Assembly (NCBI GenBank): GCA_964187785.1
Contig: OZ076416.1
Span: 47,678,001 to 47,742,000, forward strand
Source of the DNA: Amphiscolops sp. MND2022
Taxonomy: Eukaryota
Direction of reading: 5' to 3'
DNA: 64,000 nucleotides
The notes beneath the pieces were generated by a model. The model searched no databases. It saw only the letters and a list, made by a program, of their open reading frames with translations, and was not told where the DNA came from. A program made the translations under genes and the position numbers. Numbering within the stretch: the stretch's first letter is position 1; every line of letters starts with the position of its first letter. Below, in pieces: positions 1 to 12,845 of this stretch.

Positions 1-39
1 ATTTAAATATTTCCTCCTGTACTCTCACTTATTTCTTCC

Positions 40-1640
40 ACTTGAAAACAGAAAGCAAAGGCTAGGAAATCTAGAGAATTGGATGTTTTATCTGATTTCG
101 GCAATATTGGATGTAATGCTAGGAGATGGAAACTCAAACTCCATGGAAAAAGAGCTTGATATTGTAATAAATCCCTCAGTTGGGCGTCAAGACTTTCAGT
201 CTTGACCTAATAAGGGACTCATCTCAGAAAAATGAGATCAGGATCCTTGATTACAGAAATGATCCAGTTAGGCAAGACGCACTTGCAGTGTGTGTTGAAA
301 TAGTATCAAGCGAAATGAATGCCAGAGGTTCCAAAAAACATTCGCTATTGAACGTGATGCAGACGTAGATCAATAGGGTCAATAGTTCAGCTATAGACGA
401 CAGAGAACTGCCTGAAATACAGAACATACTGCGTAATATGACTTTGCACCAAAATGTCACTGAGCCGGGTGCGTCCTCAGATGAGCAAGGTTTCGGTATT
501 GTTCGGAAAGAGCCGAAAGCGAAATTTATAAATAAGGATTCAAGGTCTGCGTGTGATCTTAGGCAAAACATGGACTTTACTCCTTACACGGTGCCAGGAG
601 ACCATGACCGAATGTTGATTTTGTCACAGGAAGATTCCACTCTCACCCGGATTAACAAAGGCAAGAATCGGCGCATGAGACGTCGATAGATACAACCCTA
701 CTGTTACCGGCTGAACAACCACAGGATCCTATCAATCGATAAACCGAAGTTCTAGTGAATTTGCAGAATAAGGCTCATTCGATGACAATTAGACCACTCA
801 CGACAACGACGATGACCTTTGTTGGCAAAAGTGAGAAGTTCGAGCTATTTGAAGAATCGTTCCCTACGATGATCAAGCTGCAACCCGTCATGACCGAGCA
901 GATGTAAATCAACTATTTTCATTCCTTGCTGAGGAAAAGTGACCTGCACACCTTTGAAAATCGATCAATCGTCAAACACTGGAAGACGCACTGGTCATAT
1001 TTCGCCGAACATATGTCAACTCTGAATCTCAAGCTACAGCAAAACACAAGTAACATAGACTTATTTTCAATCCCAGCACCATGAAATTACCTAATTTTTG
1101 GGCAGAACTCAACGAAGGCGCCGAGGAGGCTTTTAGTGCAAACGCCAAAAGCATGATCGACAGGCTGCTGTATGCCACATTACCAATACTCAAAAGATCG
1201 GTTAACATGGCCAGGCTGGAAAACGGTACCTATGGGGAAACCGTGGCCCATCTCAAGGGAGAACTAGAAATTATCGTTTTGGAGGAATCGGATGACTTGC
1301 CAAAAGCTACACTGGCCTCAACATCTGGCAAGCTATGAAACTGTTGTCTAACGGCATTGTTACCAATAAGAATGCTCAATGCACATACTGCAAGGCTGAC
1401 GACCATTTCTGTAAAACTGCTCGAAATTGAAAAAAAAACGGGAAACGGACGCTAAAAGCAGCAAAAAGCCCAAAGTCCAAAGTCCAACTCACCCAGCGGA
1501 AAGTGTTGGCGACGCGCAGGTGTGCATCTTCGACCCAAACTTACTAGACAAGGTGCCAACACCACTTCTGCCTCAGACGATGAAGGAAATCCCTCCAATG
1601 TCGACAAAACCACAACGTTCTCATCAGGCCAATTGACCTT
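40..1640 (+). pseudogene. gag: gag remnant of Gypsy element
   Basis: Fragments FVGKSEKFELFEE..MIKLQP, LKRSVNMARLENGTY (ORF 1081-1338) and a degenerate Cys/His knuckle CTYCKADDHFC (~1380-1412); multiple stops. Boundaries approximate. Confidence 0.65.
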
Positions 1641-2229
1641 GGAAAATAATTGATTCAAAAATAATTTGGCTTGATTAAAAAAAACTATTTTCGCCACGAC
1701 TCCAAATATGTGACCGAAAGTCGATACCACAATACATCCTATCTGACCCAGCTAGCATCACCTACCAACAGTTTCATACCGACATAAATGGAAGACCATA
1801 ACTTCTCTGGCACCAACAAATAGAAAAAACGTACCCTGGAACATACAAATTGGTCAACAATGACCGCCCAGACATTAATTACACAATTGACTATATTCTA
1901 GGTTTTGATACCCAATTTCTACCACTTCAAATAATCGATGATTTTGACCCTCAATACATCGATCCCGATTATGGCATCGATCCGTATTGTCACAACTCCC
2001 GTTAAGACCAACAAAATTTACAGTTCAAATATGAAAATTACCAACCGAATGATGAAGACAAAGACACCGAAGCTCCAGACACCAAATTATCGAGTTGCGG
2101 CAGCCGAATCCTTAAATCAATAACTAAGAGGAAAAAGATGATCAACCCATTGAAAACAAACCACAGGCTAAACCTGGCCTACTTAATTGAACCGCTTTTT
2201 TACTTGTCTTTTTTACACGTGACTGAAGA

Positions 2230-2660
2230 AGGAAAACAAGCATAGAAACTTCTCGCTACAAATCTCGGACTCAAATACAGAAGACCGATTCATTTTCTCC
2301 CAATGGAGTCCGTAGAATTAACCATAGGCGACCTAATTGATACTGGACCTTACCCAGTGCAATCCCAGAAGCAGATTCCAGAAAAGTTTGCTTTTTGGCA
2401 CCCCAATCAATAGTGAGAGTGGGACATGCTCCGACGCTTCAATCCTTTGTCGCAAATGGACAACTTGAAACCCCAAAAAGCACAAAAACCCCAAAAGATG
2501 AACTGAAGTTTGAAGTAGGCAATGTTGAATTCCATGAAATATTCATAGTAAAAAAAATTGACAGGACCGATAATTGGACTAAAGTTCCTCAAGAGAAACC
2601 ATACAGGCCTGGACATGCGCCAATGCATCCTCAACTTTCCTTACTTTTCTCTGCAAGTTG
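2230..2660 (+). pseudogene. Retroviral-type aspartic protease remnant
   Basis: CTA ATT GAT ACT GGA = LIDTG at ~2333-2347, followed by ..SAIPEA-like residues and a beta-rich segment (ORF 2395-2661); broken frame. Confidence 0.6.
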
Positions 2661-3299
2661 AAATGACGGACCAAAAACTTTCAAACGTCACGTCATAGAA
2701 CCAATACATAATCCAAAAGACAAAGATGCCGACCAATTACCGAACGCTAGTTACAAATAAATCACAAATATACCATGAAAACACAGTAACGGGAGTATTG
2801 CAAACAAGTGATCGTTTATCCGAAGAAGGAGATATCACCTTCTGTGCTGCAATGGTCACCTAGTCTGATGGGTTAGTTAATTTGCACATCAACAACTTCA
2901 CCGATCAACCTTACAGACTCAAAAAAGGACTCCACATAGAAAACGTCTTGGTAATAACACCGGAGCAAATTAACCACGTTAAACCAATAGCCTTGGATTC
3001 CAATTGGCATCTACTGAACGAAAGTGAAGAAGATGTAATCAACTATGTCAGCAGCCACTTTGAATCAAACAGAAAAAAAAGATCAACAGGAACAGTATTG
3101 GTTTCCAACTCTTTAGAACCCAGGGACAAAAATTCACATACGGCAGCATAAAGACAGATCCTTTAAGAGTTGCTCAACCTACCAGCCGCTGAAAAGTTGA
3201 TTCCACGGGACGACGAGGAATCTCGACACAATTGCTTTAGCAACGTTCATGGGAATCACTCAATGCTCCAACAGCTTGAACATAAAAGGATTGAGTTGC

Positions 3300-3860
3300 A
3301 CTTAGAAGAATTCCATGACATTTTACCCGACACCGCTTCGACAAAGGGACGAATGAGGAATGGATCCCAAAGAACGACTCGCCTGCTCATAGCTAAAAGC
3401 TACCTACTTCAATCAATTTAAAAGAAGATAAACTAGTAGACGTGGCATTTCTCCACAGATATGGCATAATCACAACACTGCCGTTCTTGGAATATGCCGG
3501 TCCATTTTTTGCGCAGAAAAACTGAAATATGCCAGTCCGTTTTCTGCGCAGGAAAACGGGGAAACTAAGACTACTGGTTGACCTTAGGAAAACCAAGAAT
3601 CTCATCTCAGTTGAGTATTTAAATAATAGTCATCCAGTTGGTACTTTCACGGACGCCGTGCAACACATGGCTGGAAACACAAGTACCACTTTGGGGCGAA
3701 CGAAATAGATGTCCTGGGATGAAAAATATCCCCAGAAGGAGTGGAAGGAATACTACTTTACTGGAAATAAATTACCAAAACCTGAAGAGGTCCCGCAGTG
3801 ACATTTTGTTTTTCTGAGTTTTTAGATGAACTATATTCCAAGATTGTCCGAAAAAAACTA
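3300..3860 (+). pseudogene. Reverse transcriptase remnant lacking the palm core
   Basis: PFFAQK..GKLRLLVDLRK, HPV.T..DA.QHMAG, then directly KYHFGANEIDVLG*KISPEGV (thumb region); no YxDD found between these motifs. Confidence 0.8.
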
Positions 3861-3934
3861 GCTCCATTTTGAGAAAGTCCCAGTGACCACAGATCTATCG
3901 CACACATCAATGAGACCCTAATAACTGCAGTCAA

Positions 3935-4320
3935 TTGGCCTTGAAGCAACCTCTGCCGAACAAACAACTAGTCCTAATGACGGACGCAAGCTTTACAGCA
4001 GCAGGATTTGCGATTATCGTTGAAGATGACCTAAACCAGAAATATACTTCAGTCATCTGCGCCGATAGCATATGGATCAAAAACCTTTACGCCATCACAG
4101 CTCAAGATTTCCATCTACGCCAAAGAGCTTTTAGACATTAATTTTGCATTCAAAGAATTTGCACACAAATTCTGAGGAACGCTTAAGCCGAGCCCTATTC
4201 CTGCAGGCAAAAAATTATTTATCAGAATTATTCAGACAAAAATATTACCTTCAGCACTCTGGAATGCATGTAATTATGTTAATCACTTCACTTTGGTGAT
4301 AGCTCACATCCCAGGGAAAC
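3935..4320 (+). pseudogene. Ty3/Gypsy RNase H remnant
   Basis: LKQPLPNKQLVLMTDASFTAAGFAI, then in shifted frames APIAYGSK, YAKE and IAHIPG motifs. Confidence 0.85.
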
Positions 4321-4789
4321 CAGTCCCAGGGAATAGACCCCAACGAAGAACTGGTCCTTAGAAATCGAAACAAGGCCTAGTGAGGTAAACGTCCAGTCAG
4401 CAGCGTATCAGAAGAGGAACAAGTTTTCTACACCGAACACAACGATGAAACGGAAGCTCAACTTTACGAACGTAAAAAACAAGGCCGTAATAACCCCACT
4501 AACAGTGAGGCCATTTTACAATCTGATGCAATATCAGAAAACGTGGTAGACGAAACTACAAATTTGACCCAGAAACTACGCGGGGCTAACCAAATTTTAA
4601 TAGAACAACCCAAGGACCCCATACTACTACAATCCAAAGAGAAAACACAAGGGAGTACTCAGTAGAAATTCTACAGGATGTTCGTTATAAACACTATCTC
4701 AACAACTTGGAACGAATATTTCTCAAAAACAAATAGTCACACGACAGTTTTATGATGGAATTGGATAAGTAAGTACCATCAAATCCTCT

Positions 4790-5830
4790 AACCAAAACAC
4801 CTACTCAGGGAACTAATACAAGCCTTGCAGGGAACTGCATACAAATACCCTGGCATATCTAAAATGCTACAGGGATTTCGCCTGAAAGACTACTACCCGG
4901 GAAGTGCTAAACATGTCAAAAGGTGGGTAGAAGGATGTTAAACCTGCGCCAGGGACAAGCGCGTCAGAAAACATTACAATAACACTCGAAACACTCAACA
5001 TGCTTGAATGGGACCTTGGACCACAAGCCGAGTTGCAAACTGACTTGTTGCCCAATCTACTAAGGAGTGGCGAATTTCAAACAGTGATGACGTCACTTGA
5101 TGTTTCCTCAAACTACCTGTTCGTTTACACGACAACGGCTTCGAATACCGCGGTGATAATAAACATAATGACAAAACACTCACATGGGCGGACCACGCTC
5201 ATCACCGACAAAAGGACTGCATTCACGTCAAAAATTGTTGAAGATATAACGCAAATTCTGGGAATATCAGTAAAATGTGCTACTATTAAACATCCACTGA
5301 GGATCGAAAAACTTGAGCGACACAAGCCTCAATAAAAACAATTTATAAAATGGACTAAAGGGGGGTATCGTCGTCAATGACACAAATATCTGTCATTAGC
5401 GGTACTTAACTACAACACAATTTATCACTCCAGTATTGGTTGTGAACCAAGTAAACTATTTCACGGACGAATTCCCTATGACGTCCTAGATTACAACAAC
5501 GAACGCAAATTCTGATTGACAAAACCAAGAAGTTAATGCAGTCAAGCATACTTTACAAAGAAGATTATGGAAAAAAACCAAAGCAGCCCCGCTGAACGAA
5601 AAAAAACTTTTCGTTTCATCTTGCAACCTAAAGCAGATAATCAAGGATCAAAAATGCCGTTCAGGGACAACCGATGGATAGAGCCATATATAATTGAAAA
5701 AGTCCTACCCAACGAAAATTATATTGTCAGGCGTTTAAATACCAAAAAAGCGCAAATACTACTTAGAATCAGGCTCCAAAAGATTGTACCAAACACGCTC
5801 GTAGAGGACAGTTATAATTAAATTAAGTTG
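4790..5830 (+). pseudogene. Ty3/Gypsy integrase remnant (Zn-binding, DDE core, GPY/F region)
   Basis: (K)YPGISKML and YYPG..C*TC in the N-terminal part; QTDLL / ITDKRT / KLER as the D,D,E equivalents in ORF 5000-5335; WIEPYIIEKVLPNENYIVRRL in ORF 5567-5821. Confidence 0.85.
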
Positions 5831-6504
5831 AAGCCAGACGAGGAGCTCAAAATACCGCAAGACGACTTATATACAATCTCGTGAGAAGCAGTCTTTGAAT
5901 ATGAAATATTTCAGTCGAGAAGAGACAACAGCTTGAACAGGACTGCGCCAGGTGCTACAATCAGCGTGACGGATAATGACGTCACCAAAGAGAATGAATG
6001 AAACAGCGCGAAGGAAAACAAAATGAAGCCGAGAACGGTCGCTAGCATTGAAGGACAAGTACCAGTAGGTGAATCACCTAGTTCGGCAGAGAATCAAAAA
6101 GACGTCATTAGAAAAGTTGAACGAGATGCGCTATACAGCGATGTAGATTAGTCGACTACCGCACTAGTCGGGGTTGTCAAAATGTCGGCAACAAGCCTCC
6201 TACCTGGGAAAATAACTCAAATGACGTCACAGAAAATGAAAATGCCGATATTGAAGAAACTTCGAAAAGGGGTGGATAAATTACTGTCTCCGGGATATAA
6301 GACGAAGTAACAAATGAAAGTCTAGCCCTAGAGGAGGAAAATATTATCTTCGGCCTAACCCCGCCCCAAACTCACACGCAAAAACAAAACTGTAAAATAA
6401 CGGTTGTTCTTCATTCTTTGCCCTGTTTTTCTGTGGGACTATACTGACTAGATACACTTTATTCAGTAAATTAGAATACTTTCTACAGTAAATTAAAATA
6501 AATA

Positions 6505-9500
6505 CATACGTGCCTCACACTATTAAGCGTGATAGACTCTGTAAAACAAACTATCGATGTAACGAATGTGGAAAACTTCTACTGCTCCTGCGCTTGCGTA
6601 ATCTCAACTGGATGACTGAGTCAAAAAGCAGGAATGCGCTCGTGGTCGGAATCGATCTCAATTTACAATGTCCTGAAGTCCGAAAATTTTTGTGGGTAAA
6701 AAAGAAGAAAACGAATTGAGTTTGCGAGATCTTCGGGAAGCAACTTCAAGACTTTGTTCTGCTATCTTGTGTGAATTGCAGAAAGAAAATAAAAGCTAGC
6801 TGAAATAGATATTTTAAAGAGCATGAATAACTTTTTACCGGTTAACATCCTCATCGGGAAAGAAGCTTTAGAAATTTGTCTTGAACAATTTCTGTTGCCA
6901 AATTCGCTTCAATTGTGGGCTCAATACCAGTGAGGTCTTGCACCTCTCTGACCTGAGAAGCTAAGGATGGACCTACAAAATGTTTTTCAAGGGATTGCAT
7001 TGATTTCCATGTCGTCAAATCAAAAACCGTGCAAATGAAAGTTTGTTTGACGGAATGGATGCAATTACAAAACACTGATAGGTATTCATCAAAAATCCAA
7101 AGTTTATGCTTGACCAGTGTTTCTTTCCGGACCGTTTGCTTACGTGCACTCACACTATCAAGTGTGATAGACTCTGTAAACCAAACTATCGATGTAACGA
7201 ATCTGGAAAACTTCTACCGCTCCTATGCTTGCGTAATCTCAGTTGGATGACTGAGTCATAAAGCAGAATTGCGCTCGCGGTCGAAATCAATCTCAATTTA
7301 CAATGTTCTGATGTCCGAAAAGTGCATAAGAATCTAGAAGTAACCGCTAAGCTAACCTGCTTGAAATTTCAACACTTTGTGAGTAAAAAAGAAGAAAGCG
7401 AATTGAGTTTGGGAGATCATCGGGAAGCAACTTCACGACTTTGTTCTGCTATCTGGGGTGAACTGCGGAAACAATTTGAAGGCTAGCTGAAATAGCTGTT
7501 TCAAAGTGCATGAATAACGTTTTACCGGTTAACATCCTAATCGAGAAAGGAGCATTGGAGACTTGTCCTGAACAACTCCGATTGCCAGTTTCGCGTTAAT
7601 TGTGGGCTCAATACCAGTGAGGTCTTGCACTTCTCTCTGACATGAGAAGCTAAGAATGGACTTACAAAATGTTTTCAAGGAAGTGCATTAACTTCCATGT
7701 CGTCAATTCAAAAACCGTGCATTTGAAAGTATAATTGACGGAATGGATGCAATTACAAAACATTGATAGGTTTTCAAGAAAAAATGAAAGTTTATGCTTG
7801 ACCAGTGTTTCTTTCCGGACCGTTTGCATACGTACCCCCACACTATCAAGCGTGATAGACTCTGTAAACCAAACTATCGATATATTGAATCTGGAAAACG
7901 TCTACTGCTCCTATGCTTGAGTAATCTCAACTGGATGACTGAGTCAAAAAGCAGGATTGCGCTCGCGGTCGGAATCGATCTCAATTTACAATGTTCTGAA
8001 ATCCGAAAAGGTGCAGAAGTAAATTGAAGTAACCGCTGAGCTAGCCTGCTTGAAATTTTAATCTTTTATGAGTGAAAAAGAAAAAGAAGCGAATTGAGTT
8101 TAGAGATCTTCAGGAAGTAACTTCAAGACTTTGTTCTTCTATCTAGAGTGAACTGCGGAAACAATTTGGAGGCTAGCTGAAATAGCTGTTTCAAAGTGCA
8201 TGAATAACGTTTTACCGGTTAACATCCTAATCGGGAAAGAAGCATTGGAGACTTGTCCTGAACAACTCCGGTTGCCAGTTTCGCGTTAATTGTGGGCCCA
8301 ATACCAGTGAGGTCTTGCATTTCTCTCTGACATGAGAAGCTAAGTATGGACTTACAAAATGTTTTCAAGGAAGTGCATTAACTTCCATGTCGTCAATTCG
8401 AAAACCGTGCATTTGAAAGTATGTTTGACGGAATGGATGCAATTACAAAACATTGATAGGTTTTCAAGAAAATTGAAAGTTTATGCTTGACCAGTGTTTC
8501 TTTCCGGACCGTTTGCTTATGTGCACTCACACTATCAAGTGTGATAGACTCTGTAAACCAAACTATCGATGTAATGAATCTGGAAAACTTCTACCGCTCC
8601 TATGCTTGAGTAATCTCAATTGGATGACTGAGTCATAAAGCAGAATTGCGCTCGCGGTCGGAATCAATCTCAATTTACAATGTTTTGATGTCCAAAAAGC
8701 GCAGAAGAAACTAGAAGTAACCGCTAAGCTAACCTGTTTGAAATTTTAACACTTTGTGAGTAAAAAAGAAGAAAGCGAATTGAGTTTGCGAGATCATCGG
8801 GAAGCAACTTTACGACTTTGTTCTGCTATCTAGAGTGAACTGCGGAAACAATTTGAAGGCTAGCTGAAATAGCTGTTTCAAAGTGCATGAATAACGTTTT
8901 ACCGGTTAACATCCTAATCGGGAAAGAAGCATTGGAGACTTGTCCTGAACAACTCAGGTTGCCAGTTTCGCGTTAATTGTGGGCTCAATACCAGTGAGGT
9001 CTTGCACTTCTCTCTGACATGAGAAGCTAAGAATGGACTTACAAAATGTTTTCAAGGAAGTGCATTAACTTCCATGTCGTCAGTTCAAAAACCGTGCATT
9101 TGAAAGTATGTTTGACGGAATGGATGCAATTACAAAACATTGATAGGTTTTCAAGAAAAATTGAAAGTTTATGCTTGACCAGTGTTTCTTTCCGGACTTT
9201 TTGCATACGTACCCTCACACTATCAAGCGTGATAGACTCTGTAAACCAAACTATCGATATATTGAATCTGGAAAACGTCTACTGCTCCTATGCTTGAGTA
9301 ATCTCAACTGGATGACTGAGTCAAAAAGCAGGATTGCGCTCGCGGTCGGAATCGATCTCAATTTACAATGTTCTAAAATCCGAAAAGGTGCAGAAGTAAC
9401 TGGAAGTAACCGCTGAGCTAGCCTGCTTGAAATTTTAATCTTTTATGAGTGAAAAAGAAAAAGAAGCGAATTGAGTTTAGAGATCTTCAGGAAGTAACTT

Positions 9501-12130
9501 CAAGACTTTGTTCTTCTATCTAGAGTGAACTGCGGAAACAATTTGGAGGCTAGCTGAAATAGCTGTTTCAGAGTGCATGAATAACGTTTTACCGGTTAAC
9601 ATCCTAATCGGGAAAGAAGTATTGGAGACTTGTCCTGAACAACTCAGGTTGCCAGTTTCGCGTTAATTGTGGGCTCAATACCAGTGAGGTCTTGCACTTC
9701 TCTCTGACATTAGATGCTAAGAATGGACTTACAAAATGTTTTCAAGGAAGTGCATTAACTTCCATGTCGTCAGTTCAAAAACCGTGCATTTGAAAGTATG
9801 TTTGACGGAATGGATGCAATTACAAAACATTGATAGGTTTTCAAGAAAAATTGAAAGTTTATGCTTGACCAGTGTTTCTTTCCGGACCGTTTGCATACGT
9901 ACCCTCACACTATCAAGCGTGATAGACTCTGTAAACCAAACTATCGATATATTGAATCTGGAAAACGTCTACTGCTCCTATGCTTGAGTAATCTCAACTG
10001 GATGACTGAGTCAAAAAGCAGGATTGCGCTCGCGGTCGGAATCGATCTCAATTTACAATGTTCTGAAATCCGAAAAGGTGCAGAAGTAACTGGAAGTAAC
10101 CGCTGAGCTAGCCTGCTTGAAATTTTAATCTTTTATGAGTGAAAAAGAAAAAGATGCGAATTGAGTTTAGAGATCTTCAGGAAGTAACTTCAAGACTTTG
10201 TTCTTCTATCTAGAGTGAACTGCGGAAACAATTTGGAGGCTAGCTGAAATAGCTGTTTCAAAGTGCATGAATAACGTTTTACCGGTTAACATCCTAATCG
10301 GGAAAGAAGCATTGGAGACTTGTCCTGAACAACTCCGGTTGCCAGTTTCGCGTTAATTGTGGGCCCAATACCAGTGAGGTCTTGCATTTCTCTCTGACAT
10401 GAGAAGCTAAGTATGGACTTACAAAATGTTTTCAAGGAAGTGCATTAACTTCCATGTCGTCAATTCGAAAACCGTGCATTTGAAAGTATGTTTGACGGAA
10501 TGGATGCGATTACAAAACATTGATAGGTTTTCAAGAAAATTGAAAGTTTATGCTTGACCAGTGTTTCTTTCCGGACCGTTTGCTTACGTGCACTCACACT
10601 ATCAAGTGTGATAGACTCTGTAAACCAAACTATCGATGTAATGAATCTGGAAAACTTCTACCGCTCCTATGCTTGAGTAATCTCAATTGGATGACTGAGT
10701 CATAAAGCAGAATTGCGCTGGCGGTCGGAATCAATCTCAATTTACAATGTTTTGATGTCAAAAAAGCGCAGAAGAAACTAGAAGTAACCGCTAAGCTAAC
10801 CTGTTTGAAATTTTAACACTTTGTGAGTAAAAAAGAAGAAAGCGAATTGAGTTTGCGAGATCATCGGGAAGCAACTTTACGACTTTGTTCTGCTATCTAG
10901 AGTGAACTGCGGAAACAATTTGAAGGCTAGCTGAAATAGCTGTTTCAAAGTGCATGAAGAACGTTTTACCGGTTAACATCCTAATCGGGAAAGAAGCATT
11001 GGAGACTTGTCCTGAACAACTCAGGTTGCCAGTTTCGCGTTAATTGTGGGCTCAATACCAGTGAGGTCTTGCACTTCTCTCTGACATGAGAAGCTAAGAA
11101 TGGACTTACAAAATGTTTTCAAGGAAGTGCATTAACTTCCATGTCGTCAGTTCAAAAACCGTGCATTTGAAAGTATGTTTGACGGAATGGATGCAATTAC
11201 AAAACATTGATAGGTTTTCAAGAAAAATTGAAAGTTTATGCTTGACCAGTGTTTCTTTCCGGATCGTTTGCATACGTACCCTCACACTATCAAGCGTGAT
11301 AGACTCTGCAAACCAAACTATCGATATATTGAATCTGGAAAACTTCTACTGTTCCTATGCTTGAGTAATCTCAACTGGATTACTGAGTCAAAAACCAGGA
11401 TTGCGCTCGCGGTCAGAATCGATCTCAGTTTACAATGTTCTGAAGGCCGAAAAGGTGCAGAAGTAACTAGAAGTAACCGCTAAGCTAGCCTGCTTGAAAA
11501 TTCAACCTTTTGTGAGAAAAACAGAAGAAATCGAATTGAGTTCGCGAGATCTTCGGGAAGCAACTTCAAGACTTTGTTCTGCTCTCTAGAGTGAACTGCA
11601 GAAACAAATTGAAGGCTAGCTGAAATATATATTTTAAAGGGCATGAATAACGTTTCATCGGTTAACATCCTCATCGGGAAAGAAGCATTGCAGACTTGTC
11701 CTGAACAATTCGGGTGCCAGTTTCGCTTCAATTGAGGGCTCAATACCAGTGAGGTCTGGCACTTCTCTCTGACCTGAGAATCTAAGGATGGACTTACAAA
11801 ATGTTTTCAGGAAGTGCATTGATTTCCTTGTCGTCGAATCAAAAACCGTGCATATGAAACTTTGTTTGACGGAATGGATGCGATTTTAAAACCTTGATAG
11901 GTTTTCTTGAAACTTCAAAAAACTATGCTTGACCAGTGTTTCTTTCCGGACCGTTTGCATACGTGCCCTCACTCTATCAAGCTTGATAGACTCTGTAAAA
12001 CAGAAGACTATCGATGTAATGAATCTGGAAAACTTCTAATGCTCCTATGCTTGAGTAATTTCAACTGGATGACTGAGTCAAAAAGCAGGATTGCGCTCGC
12101 GGTCGGAATCGATCTCAATTTACAATGTTC
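6505..12130. repeat. Tandem satellite, ~690-bp monomer, left arm (~8 copies)
   Basis: Homologous ORFs recur at 9046/9736 and 9171/9861 (690-bp period). The array starts mid-monomer at CATACGTGCC (~6505) and ends at ...CAATTTACAATGTTC (12130). Confidence 0.97.
12125..12130. other. Target-site duplication, left copy (ATGTTC)
   Basis: ATGTTC immediately precedes AGTAGT at 12131. An identical hexamer follows the right end, and the monomer normally has only one copy here. Confidence 0.95.
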
Positions 12131-12399
12131 AGTAGTATATAGGCGAGCCAGACAGCCAGGGGGGTGAAGACCCTCATGTTTTAAGATAGGTTATGTCTCC
12201 GAGAGCCGAGAAGGGTCTTCACCCCTTGTTTGCTAGTTTGTCGTTTGAATCTAGGGGCCCCGAGTGCGGGCGACTAATTATGGCGGGTGCGGCTAATTTT
12301 AGCGGGTGCGGCTAATTATAGCGGGTGCGGGTATCTTATTGCGGCTACTGTCAAAAAGATTGCATTTAAATTTTAAAAAGTAAATTAGAGAGTACAAAT
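12131..12399 (+). repeat. Left terminal inverted repeat (~269 bp)
   Basis: Reverse complement of 28976-29258 apart from ~4 substitutions, G6 vs G7, and a 13-bp difference in the internal 19-bp repeat tract. Confidence 0.95.
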
Positions 12400-12451
12400 A
12401 GGAACAAATACATTCTATAAATAGCACATTTACAGTAGGAAGTGTGGGAAA

Positions 12452-12844
12452 CTACATGAAATTACTTATAAATGAGAGTACGTTAACATCATGAACTCCT
12501 GTAATTTCTTTCTGTCCGAACTTGAAGAGATGAAAAGCTGCATAAATTGTATAGAATCCGCAGACACTCGGATGCACCTGCAACGGCTGTGGAATGAGCG
12601 GCTGGTAGTGCTTCCCCAAGAAACTGTATTTTTGGCGAGCCAGTGAATCAGCGAAAAAAAGTTGATTGTGAAACTTTGCAATCATAATCCAATGCTCCCC
12701 CTCCTTCTGACTGGGTTGTGTGTTGACAATTGCAAATGTATTATTGGGTAAAGTTGGAACTAGATCACACGGATAGAAACCAATGTACCGATACTTGAGA
12801 AGTGGAATGCGGTCAATAATTTGTCGAAGTGCAACGTTATCCAT
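12452..12844 (-). CDS. PRO: Adenain/Ulp1-like cysteine (maturation) protease, ~130 aa from MDNVAL
   Basis: AIVNT..GEHW (His), FADS (Asp), PLQ (oxyanion Gln), SVCG (Cys). The ATG at 12844 lies 1 nt after the MCP stop; the track's longer 12871 start overlaps MCP. Confidence 0.92.
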   Translation of the reverse strand: MDNVALRQIIDRIPLLKYRYIGFYPCDLVPTLPNNTFAIVNTQPSQKEGEHWIMIAKFHNQLFFADSLARQKYSFLGKHYQPLIPQPLQVHPSVCGFYTIYAAFHLFKFGQKEITGVHDVNVLSFISNFM

Positions 12845-12845
12845 T

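Larger units (their letters stand above)
40..6400 (+). mobile_element. Decayed Ty3/Gypsy LTR retrotransposon internal region (gag-PR-RT-RH-IN order); no LTR seen in window
   Basis: Frameshifted or stop-interrupted fragments in Gypsy domain order: gag-like (780-1430), LIDTG protease motif (DTG at 2339-2347), RT GKLRLLVDLRK (~3560-3590), RNase H LMTDAS (3935-4141 ORF), integrase core (5000-5335 ORF), and a GKYYLRPNP tail (~6335-6365) typical of the end of Gypsy pol. Start coordinate approximate. Confidence 0.9.

Noticed and set aside
2760-2960. Possible dUTPase-like segment between Gypsy protease and RT (INNFTDQPYRLKKGLHI)
   Set aside because: Too degraded, and no dUTPase catalytic motifs could be identified by eye.
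6400-7200. Satellite monomer as the amplified LTR of the adjacent Gypsy element
   Set aside because: No PPT at the junction, no TG...CA boundaries, and the array begins mid-monomer.
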